From Minisyncoccota bacterium (GTDB lineage Bacteria > Patescibacteriota > Minisyncoccia > Phycocordibacterales > JAQTLZ01): a stretch of DNA of 64,000 bases. Location: contig JAQTLZ010000001.1 in the NCBI GenBank assembly GCA_028714635.1, positions 79,650-143,649 on the forward strand, written 5' to 3'. The notes under the pieces were generated by a model. That model saw only the letters and a program-made list of their open reading frames with translations. It did not search any database and had not been told where the DNA came from. Within the stretch, counting starts at the first letter, position 1, and each line of letters starts with the position of its first letter. Positions 56,816-64,000 of the stretch are shown piece after piece. Both the position numbers and the translations under genes were made by a program.

Positions 56816-57316
56816 ATGAAAGACTTGATTATTCTCTCTGGTGCTCCAGGAAGCGGCAAATCGACTATCGCGGAACTTCTTCAGAAAGAACTTCAGTGTC
56901 CCTATATTGATTTTGGCTGGCTTCGTGAATTTCATTTGAAACCAGATTGGAGTGATGCTAGTGAAAAAGAAGAGGGAATTGCTTTCGACAATCTAGTCTA
57001 CATTCTCCGAAATTATATAAAAAATGGATATAAAAACATCCTCGTCTCTGATTTAACAGATGAAAGGGTACAGATGTGTCCAGAATTATTTTCGAAAGAT
57101 AATTTCGTAATTCTTTCTCTTGTGGTAGATTCCGATAAAGAACTCAAAAACAGAATAACGATTCGTAATAGCGGCTTCGTCAATACAGAGAAAGCTCTCG
57201 CTTGGAATCAAAAATTGAAAGAAAGAAAATTATTAAAGAATGAATACAAAATAGATAATACTGAGAATGATCCCAGGGCGACTTTTCAGAAAGTATTGAA
57301 AATAATACAAAGTTAG
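56816..57316 (+). CDS. P-loop kinase/AAA-family protein
   Basis: LIILSGAPGSGKST Walker A; TGTTATACT 6 nt upstream of ATG. Confidence 0.8.
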   Translation: MKDLIILSGAPGSGKSTIAELLQKELQCPYIDFGWLREFHLKPDWSDASEKEEGIAFDNLVYILRNYIKNGYKNILVSDLTDERVQMCPELFSKDNFVILSLVVDSDKELKNRITIRNSGFVNTEKALAWNQKLKERKLLKNEYKIDNTENDPRATFQKVLKIIQS

Positions 57317-57329
57317 ATTTAGCACTAAA

Positions 57330-57490
57330 GCGACCTACAACTTTCCGGAAACATCGCGGAAGCCACGGGCATGGTCTGTCAACGTCCCCGCCCTGTAAGA
57401 GGCGGGGCTCATTGACAGCCGTGAGCTGAGCGTGAGGAAAATTCCGTCGCAGGCGGAATTATTCTGGTTTCCGAAAAGTTCGTGGGGAGC
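57330..57490. other. Highly structured intergenic element (candidate ncRNA or MITE)
   Basis: Nested stems AACTTT.CGGAAAC/GTTTCCG.AAAGTT, CACGG/CCGTG, CTGTCAA/TTGACAG, CCCCGCC/GGCGGGG, side hairpin AATTCCG/CGGAATT. Confidence 0.65.
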
Positions 57491-57493
57491 GGC

Positions 57494-57871
57494 CTATTTG
57501 AGTATCGACTCCGCTTCCTTAATAATATCTTCAGGAGTTACTGTTGCCTTAATGAGATATGTTGTAACGCCGAGTTTTTGTCCTTGTTTGATCTGATCGT
57601 CGGAACCGAAATTTGAAAGGATGACAATCGGAATCATTTTTGTTGATTCGCTGGCTTTGAGTCTCTTCACCGTTTCAAATCCGTCAATTCCAGGAAGAAG
57701 CACGTCACAGAGAATGAGTTGCGGCTTTCCTTCTTCTGCCATCTTGAGTCCTTCTTCTCCGCTTCCTGCGTGAGACATGACCGCTCCAACTTTCCCTAAC
57801 TTTTTCGTGACGAGATCAGCAAAGAATGCATCGTCTTCAATAATAAGAATCTTTTTATTTTCTATAGACAT
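57494..57871 (-). CDS. Single-domain response regulator (CheY-like)
   Basis: ILIIEDD, LILCDVLLPGIDG, IVILS, YLIK. Confidence 0.92.
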   Translation of the reverse strand: MSIENKKILIIEDDAFFADLVTKKLGKVGAVMSHAGSGEEGLKMAEEGKPQLILCDVLLPGIDGFETVKRLKASESTKMIPIVILSNFGSDDQIKQGQKLGVTTYLIKATVTPEDIIKEAESILK

Positions 57872-57980
57872 ATGATTGTATTAATCTTGTAGAAGAGACT
57901 ATAGCATACAGGATAAAAACATCCATCCCCAAGGCGGTTTGAGAGGGGAATAAGTTATCCCCAACGCTCTTTTTACCCTG

Positions 57981-58009
57981 TTGACATTCAATTTGAAAAG
58001 GAATATAAT
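57981..58009 (+). promoter_or_regulatory. Consensus sigma70 promoter for rpoBC
   Basis: TTGACA-17 nt-TATAAT; DnaA-box-like TTATCCCCA at 57955. Confidence 0.75.
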
Positions 58010-58214
58010 TCTGCCACTTCAGCAAGATTGAGTCACGGGTGATTTTCGTCATTATTTAGAGCCATTTTGGCTCTTTAAGCATTGCATATCTTGCAACACA
58101 AGACGAAATAAATAATAAAAAACAAAAAAGTGCTCGGCAACGGGCGACTTTTTTGTTTTGTGCGCGCAAAGAGCTTTTATTAATCTTTATTATTAGCATT
58201 AGTAGAAAAAACCT

Positions 58215-61200
58215 ATGGAAACATCTTCAAACGTAGTGGCTAGTCCGAAAGAAAAGAAAATGGAAGTGTCTGTGCTGACAGTTGGACAGAGACCGAAGAA
58301 ATATTTCGGAAGATGGAAAAAGGCTCTGACCCCTATGCCAAACTTGGTGGAATCCCAAGTGGCTTCTTTCAAGTGGCTCATGGAAGAGGGGATCAAGGAG
58401 GTGTTCAAGGAATTTTCTCCAATCAAAGACTATTCGGAAAAGAAATTTGATCTCGAGTTCACAAAAATTGAGCTCGGATTTCCGAAACTCGACGAATTTG
58501 AATCAAAACGAAAGAAATTTTCATACGAAGCGCCTCTCAAAGTTACAGTAAAGCTCAAAAATAAGATCCTTGGTGAGACGAAAGAACAGGAAATTTTCAT
58601 GGCGGACTTTCCATTCATGACAAGCCACGGAACATTCATTATTAACGGTGTAGAGCGTGTTATTGTTCCACAGCTCGCGCGTTCTTTCGGAGTATTTTTC
58701 ACTGCAACAGAAATCAAGGCCAAGAAATATTTTGGCGCAAAGATCATCCCTTCCCGAGGAGCATGGGTAGAAATTGAAACAGACGTAGACAATACGTTCT
58801 ATGTTCGCATTGACCGAAAGCGAAAATTCTCCCTTGCATCTCTCCTTCGCGTTATGGGCGCTCCGACAGACGAGAAAATTCTCGCGCTTTTCAAAGGAAA
58901 TTCCACTGCGACTGAATACATTAAAAACTCAATCGAAAAAGATCCAGCAAAATCTGCTGATGATTCTGCGATTGAAATTCACAAGCGACTTCGAGACGGA
59001 GATCTTGCAACACCTGACAACGCGCGAGAATTTATCGAATCTATTTTCGGAACAGAACGATACGATCTCTCGAAAGTGGGACGATTCCGATTCAACAGCC
59101 GATTTGCAAAGAGCATGGCGGAAAAAGATATCGAAAAGAGAACCCTTACTCTCGATGATCTTGTTACCATCATCAATCACCTTATTGTATTGAACACAAC
59201 TCCCGGCTCTCTTCCAGATGATATCGATCACCTCGGTTCCCGACGTGTTCGATATGTGGGAGAGCTTATGCAACAGAAAATTCGTGTTGGAATGAGCCAG
59301 ATGAAACGAAATATTCAAAACAGGATGTCTACTATAGACACGAACATGACGCTTCCTGTGCATTTTATTTCTCCAAAACCGCTTCAAGCTCGACTTAAGG
59401 AATTCTTCACGACCAACCAGCTCTCACAATTTATGCAGCAGGAAAATGCGCTCACGGAAATCGAGCATCTTCGAACCCTTTCCACGCTCGGTCCCGGCGG
59501 TCTTACTCGTTCTCGAGCAGGATTCGAAGTTCGAGACGTGCACCCTTCGCACTACGGAAGACTTTGTCCTATCCACACCCCAGAAGGTCCGAACATCGGT
59601 CTTATCTTGCGCCTCGCTCTCTATTCTCGAATCAATGATTTCGGAATGATCGAGACTCCTTATGCGAAAGTAAAGAATGGAAAGATCACTGACGAAGTTT
59701 TGTATTTGAACGCTCTCGAAGAGGAGAAATTTAATATTGCTCACGCTGCGACTAACTATGACGAAGAGGGAAATATTCTCGACGAAAAAGTTGAAGTTCG
59801 CATCGAAGGAGATCCGGGTCTTGTAGATAAAAATAAAGTTGATTTTATTGACGTGGCAACGAATCAGGCATTTTCTGTTGCAACCTCCCTTATTCCATTC
59901 CTAAACCACGATGATGCAAACCGAGCGCTCATGGGTTCGAACATGCAGAAGCAGGCAACTCCTTGTATCTTGCCTGAAGCTCCGCTTGTTGCGACTGGAA
60001 TTGAGGCAAAAGCAGTTCGAGACACAGGACGACTTGTCATCGCGAGTGAAGAAGGAACAGTTACTCACGTAGATGCTGATCGAGTTGTCGTCAAAAATAC
60101 AAAAGGAAAAGAGCAAGAAACTCGGCTTGTGCATTTCTCACGAACAAACGGATTTACTTCTTTCCACCAAAGACCAGCAGTGAATGTCGGTCAAAAAGTG
60201 AAGAAAGGAGATGTGCTCGTTGATACCTCTTCTTCCGATGCGGGGGAGATGGCTCTTGGACAAAATATTCTTGTTGCCTTCATGTCATGGAGTGGTAGCA
60301 ACTACGAAGACGCTATCATTCTTTCTGAAAGACTGGTGCGAGAGAGTAAATTCAGCTCTGTCCACATCGAGGAATTTACCGTAAACGTCCGCGACACCAA
60401 ACTCGGTCCCGAAATTACCACCCACGATATTCCAAACGTCGGAGAAGCGAAACTCAAGAATCTTGATGAAGAAGGAATTATCCGCGTTGGTGCAGAAGTA
60501 CGCCCTGGCGATATTCTTGTTGGTAAAATTACTCCAAAAGGTGAGACACAGCTTACTCCTGAAGAAAGACTTCTTCGATCACTCTTCGGTGAAAAGGCTC
60601 GAGACGTCAAAGACACTTCAAAGAGAATTGAAAACGGAAAGCGGGGACGTGTTATCGGCGTACAAGTATTCTCCCGAGAAAAAGGAGACAAGCTTGAATC
60701 TGGAATCATAAAGAAAATCCATATTGAAGTTGCACAGCTTCGAAGCGTGTCTGTGGGAGACAAGCTTGCAGGACGACACGGAAACAAAGGAGTTATTTCA
60801 AAGATTCTTCCTATCGAGGATATGCCGCACATGGAAGATGGAACTCCGATCGATATTATTTTGACTCCTCTTGGTGTGCCATCACGTATGAACTTGGGAC
60901 AGATTCTCGAGCTTCACCTCGGACTTGCTGCGCATACTTTGAATTACCAAGCAGTTGTTCCTCCATTTGCCGGAGCGACTCACGCTGAAATCAAAGGAGA
61001 GCTCAAAAAGGCAGGATACAGCGAGGATGGAAAGATGAAGCTCTATGACGGACGAACTGGAATGGCATTCGAGCAAAATATTGCAGTCGGATACATGTAC
61101 ATCTTGAAACTTCACCATATGGTGGAAGACAAGATCCATATGCGTTCAATCGGTCCCTACTCTCTCATTACCCAACAGCCTCTTGGAGGAAAGGCACAGG

Positions 61201-61469
61201 GAGGAGGCCAGCGATTTGGAGAAATGGAAGTCTGGGCGCTCCTTGGTCACGGTGCCGCTCATACTCTGCGCGAGGTGTTGACCGTAAAATCAGATGATAT
61301 TGTAGGACGTTCTGCTGCATTCGATGCAATCGTGAAGGGCATGCCAATTCCAGAACCGAATATTCCTGCTTCATTCAACGTGCTCCTCAACAACCTTCGA
61401 GGACTCGCGCTTGATATCGAACTCAAAAAAGACAAAAAATCATTATCAGCTAATTCATCAGAGAAGTAA
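58215..61469 (+). CDS. rpoB: RNA polymerase beta subunit
   Basis: GTFIINGVERVIV, RDVHPSHYGRLCPIHTPEGPNIGL, GDKLAGRHGNKGV, GGQRFGEME. Confidence 0.98.
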   Translation: METSSNVVASPKEKKMEVSVLTVGQRPKKYFGRWKKALTPMPNLVESQVASFKWLMEEGIKEVFKEFSPIKDYSEKKFDLEFTKIELGFPKLDEFESKRKKFSYEAPLKVTVKLKNKILGETKEQEIFMADFPFMTSHGTFIINGVERVIVPQLARSFGVFFTATEIKAKKYFGAKIIPSRGAWVEIETDVDNTFYVRIDRKRKFSLASLLRVMGAPTDEKILALFKGNSTATEYIKNSIEKDPAKSADDSAIEIHKRLRDGDLATPDNAREFIESIFGTERYDLSKVGRFRFNSRFAKSMAEKDIEKRTLTLDDLVTIINHLIVLNTTPGSLPDDIDHLGSRRVRYVGELMQQKIRVGMSQMKRNIQNRMSTIDTNMTLPVHFISPKPLQARLKEFFTTNQLSQFMQQENALTEIEHLRTLSTLGPGGLTRSRAGFEVRDVHPSHYGRLCPIHTPEGPNIGLILRLALYSRINDFGMIETPYAKVKNGKITDEVLYLNALEEEKFNIAHAATNYDEEGNILDEKVEVRIEGDPGLVDKNKVDFIDVATNQAFSVATSLIPFLNHDDANRALMGSNMQKQATPCILPEAPLVATGIEAKAVRDTGRLVIASEEGTVTHVDADRVVVKNTKGKEQETRLVHFSRTNGFTSFHQRPAVNVGQKVKKGDVLVDTSSSDAGEMALGQNILVAFMSWSGSNYEDAIILSERLVRESKFSSVHIEEFTVNVRDTKLGPEITTHDIPNVGEAKLKNLDEEGIIRVGAEVRPGDILVGKITPKGETQLTPEERLLRSLFGEKARDVKDTSKRIENGKRGRVIGVQVFSREKGDKLESGIIKKIHIEVAQLRSVSVGDKLAGRHGNKGVISKILPIEDMPHMEDGTPIDIILTPLGVPSRMNLGQILELHLGLAAHTLNYQAVVPPFAGATHAEIKGELKKAGYSEDGKMKLYDGRTGMAFEQNIAVGYMYILKLHHMVEDKIHMRSIGPYSLITQQPLGGKAQGGGQRFGEMEVWALLGHGAAHTLREVLTVKSDDIVGRSAAFDAIVKGMPIPEPNIPASFNVLLNNLRGLALDIELKKDKKSLSANSSEK

Positions 61470-61473
61470 TCTG

Positions 61474-61536
61474 ACAGCGGATAGCGTCGAGCGGATAGGG
61501 GATTCCTAAACGCTAAACGCTTTACGCTAAACCCTG
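61474..61536. repeat. Heptamer-periodic inverted repeat between rpoB and rpoC
   Basis: AGCGGAT AGCGTCG AGCGGAT AGGG ... AAACGCT AAACGCT TTACGCT AAACCCT. Confidence 0.7.
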
Positions 61537-61544
61537 TTAAAACT

Positions 61545-64000
61545 ATGAAAACAAACATCACAAAACCGGGAGATTTGAATGAGTTCGACATGATCACGTT
61601 GAAGCTCGCTTCTCCTGATCGAATTAAAGAATGGTCATTTGGAGAGGTTTTGAAGCCGGAGACAATCAACTACCGAACCCAGCGTTCTGAAAAGAGCGGG
61701 CTATTCGATGAAAAGATATTCGGACCTGACCGGGATTTCGAATGTTACTGCGGAAAATACCGGGGAGTGCGATATAAAGGAATTGTCTGCGAGAAATGCG
61801 GAGTGGAGATCACACGTTCAATAGTGCGACGAGAACGAATGGGACACATCGAGCTTGCGACGCCAGTTTCTCATATTTGGTTTCTCCGAAGCATGCCATC
61901 TCGAATCGGAATGATCCTCGGCATGAATACTGCTGACCTTGAAAAAGTTATCTATTTTGCTGGGTACATCATCACGAAAGTTGATGAGGCAGAGAGAGCA
62001 AGAATTTTGAAAGACGTAGATTCTGAATACAAAGCAAAAGTGAAGCCTCTCGTTGATGAAAAATCTCGGGACGCGATCAAAGAAAAACTTTCTGCAACTA
62101 AGAAAGAAATTGAAGCTATTCAGGAAGGAATGGTGCTCGATGAGGTTTCGTATCACAACTACTCCGTAAAATACGGCACGCTTTTTGAGGCTGGAATCGG
62201 AGCTGAAGCGGTCTATAATATTTTCCGAAAGATCGACCTCGGGAAACTCGCGAAAAATCTTGAAGCGGAAATTGAGAAGGCTGGCCCAATGAAGACAGAG
62301 AAGCTCAACAAGAGATTGAGTCTCGTGAAATCAATGATCAATACCGAGATTCGTCCAGAATGGATGTTCCTCACTTCTATTCCAGTTATTCCTCCCGCAC
62401 TTCGACCGATGGTCCCATTGGATGGAGGACGATATGCGACATCAGATGTAAACGATCTTTACCGACGCGTCATCAACCGAAATAATCGTCTCAAGAAACT
62501 CAAAGAGATTTTTGCTCCGGATGTAATCTTGCGAAACGAGAAAAGAATTCTTCAGGAAGCAGTTGACGCTCTTGTTGATAACTCTATCCGACATGGAGGA
62601 GGTTCTTCAGCTGCACTCACCCAATCACAAAGACGAGCACTCAAATCTCTCTCAGATAACCTGAAAGGAAAGCGAGGACTTTTCAGACAAAATCTTCTTG
62701 GAAAACGAGTAGACTATTCTGGACGTTCTGTGATCGTTGTCGGACCTGAACTCAAACTCAATCAATGCGGCCTTCCAAAGCACATGGCGCTTGAACTTTT
62801 CCGACCATTCGTTGTTTCAAAACTTCTTGAACGAGAACTTGCTTATAACATTCGTGGAGCAGGACGACTTATCGATGACGGTATCGCGGAAGTGTGGGCG
62901 ATTCTTGAAGAAGTCATTTCTAACAAATATGTGCTTTTGAACCGCGCACCGACCCTTCACCGACTTGGTATTCAAGCTTTCAAACCTATTCTTATTGAAG
63001 GAAATGCTATTCAAGTGCACCCGCTTGTTTGTACCGCTTTCAACGCTGACTTCGATGGAGACCAGATGGCTGTTCACGTTCCGCTTTCTCGCGAAGCACA
63101 AATCGAGGCAAAGGAAATCATGGCGTCGGACAAAAACATCTTAAAACCTGGATCAGGAAACATCGTTATTTCCGTGGACAAGCTCGACATCGTGCTCGGC
63201 TGTTACTGGATGACCACAATTATTCCGGGCGAAAAAGGCGAAGGAAAATATTTCTCTCGACCAAATACCGCTATCACTACATACGATTTCGGCGAGGTGT
63301 CATACCGAGCACTCATTAAAGTGCTTCCGACTGAAGATATTCGTTATGCGAAATTCGAAGGAAAGATATTCGAAACCTCTGTAGGCCGGCTTCTTTTCAA
63401 CTCTGTTCTTCCAAAAGATTATCCGTACGTGAACGAGGAAATGACCCGAAAGAAAATGTCTGTGCTTGTTGATGATCTCATCGATAGGTATGGAATTTAC
63501 AACGTCGCGGACATTGTGGACAAGATCAAAGCATTCGGCTTCAAACACGCTACCCTTTCCGGAACCACCTGGGGAATTGATGATATTCAGGAACCGAAAG
63601 ACAAAATGAAGGTTATCAATGAAGCAAAAGTGCAAGCTGAAACTGTTCAGGAGCAATTCAATGAAGGTCTTCTTTCAGCAGAAGAACGGCTTCGAAAGAA
63701 TGTTGAAATTTGGCACAAGGCGAAAAATGAAGTTGAAAAGCTCATGCCAGACACACTTGTAAAGCACGGCTCTGTCTATGACATGATCAATTCCGGTGCC
63801 CGAGGTTCGTTCTCTCAGATCACTCAAATGGCTGGTATGAAAGGTCTTATCACCAATACCGCCGGAGAGACGATCGAATTCCCAATTCTTTCTTCAAGCA
63901 AAAACGGTCTTACTCCGATCGAATATTTCATTACCACTCACGGTTCTCGAAAAGGTTTGACTGACACCGCTCTCAACACGGCAAAAGCAGGATATCTCAC
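61545..64000 (+). CDS. rpoC: RNA polymerase beta' subunit (runs off window end)
   Basis: Manual translation LASPDRIKEWSFGEVLKPETINYRT, RQNLLGKRVDYSGRSVI, FNADFDGDQMAVH. Confidence 0.98.
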   Translation, partial: MKTNITKPGDLNEFDMITLKLASPDRIKEWSFGEVLKPETINYRTQRSEKSGLFDEKIFGPDRDFECYCGKYRGVRYKGIVCEKCGVEITRSIVRRERMGHIELATPVSHIWFLRSMPSRIGMILGMNTADLEKVIYFAGYIITKVDEAERARILKDVDSEYKAKVKPLVDEKSRDAIKEKLSATKKEIEAIQEGMVLDEVSYHNYSVKYGTLFEAGIGAEAVYNIFRKIDLGKLAKNLEAEIEKAGPMKTEKLNKRLSLVKSMINTEIRPEWMFLTSIPVIPPALRPMVPLDGGRYATSDVNDLYRRVINRNNRLKKLKEIFAPDVILRNEKRILQEAVDALVDNSIRHGGGSSAALTQSQRRALKSLSDNLKGKRGLFRQNLLGKRVDYSGRSVIVVGPELKLNQCGLPKHMALELFRPFVVSKLLERELAYNIRGAGRLIDDGIAEVWAILEEVISNKYVLLNRAPTLHRLGIQAFKPILIEGNAIQVHPLVCTAFNADFDGDQMAVHVPLSREAQIEAKEIMASDKNILKPGSGNIVISVDKLDIVLGCYWMTTIIPGEKGEGKYFSRPNTAITTYDFGEVSYRALIKVLPTEDIRYAKFEGKIFETSVGRLLFNSVLPKDYPYVNEEMTRKKMSVLVDDLIDRYGIYNVADIVDKIKAFGFKHATLSGTTWGIDDIQEPKDKMKVINEAKVQAETVQEQFNEGLLSAEERLRKNVEIWHKAKNEVEKLMPDTLVKHGSVYDMINSGARGSFSQITQMAGMKGLITNTAGETIEFPILSSSKNGLTPIEYFITTHGSRKGLTDTALNTAKAGYL

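Noticed and set aside
57330-57490. RNase P RNA
   Set aside because: GAGGAAA is present but not followed by GTCC; the region is too short and lacks the 3' P4 strand.
1-64000. Alternative genetic code (UGA=Gly), prophage, or the many short antisense/shadow ORFs
   Set aside because: Conserved genes are full length in code 11 and some end in TGA; no phage, integrase or transposase genes are seen; shadow ORFs overlap well-supported genes and lack motifs.

Overview
This 64-kb window looks like core chromosome from a small-genome Patescibacteria (CPR), most likely Parcubacteria. The assignment is inferred from truncated PheS/PheT/ThrS, a NusB-NUDIX fusion, a short SMC and CPR-type surface proteins; standard code 11 is used. 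It carries translation, replication and transcription genes (rplY, rpmE-prfA-rpsB-tsf, tRNA-Thr, pheST, gyrB, def, thrS, dnaE, rnhB, rpmF-nusB-rnc, smc, rnr, rpsP, khpA, trmD, rpoB-rpoC). It also has glycosyltransferases, a sortase with an adjacent VPYTG-tailed repeat protein, a carAB pair and about 11 orphan genes. No CRISPR, prophage, transposase or reverse transcriptase is visible. Five observations stand out. (1) A ~125-nt rod-like palindromic element occurs twice, as the 5' leader of rpmE and in-frame inside dnaE; the copies show compensatory base-pair changes. (2) A fossil dnaE start is broken by a 35-nt hairpin and now forms an upstream ORF overlapping the working start. (3) Many core genes look leaderless (-10 box 6-10 nt before the start codon), whereas orphan genes have strong Shine-Dalgarno sites. 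(4) DnaA-box-like arrays with 11-12-bp spacing lie upstream of two orphan genes. (5) Several other structured intergenic elements are present. All calls were made by eye; no searches or folding programs were run.
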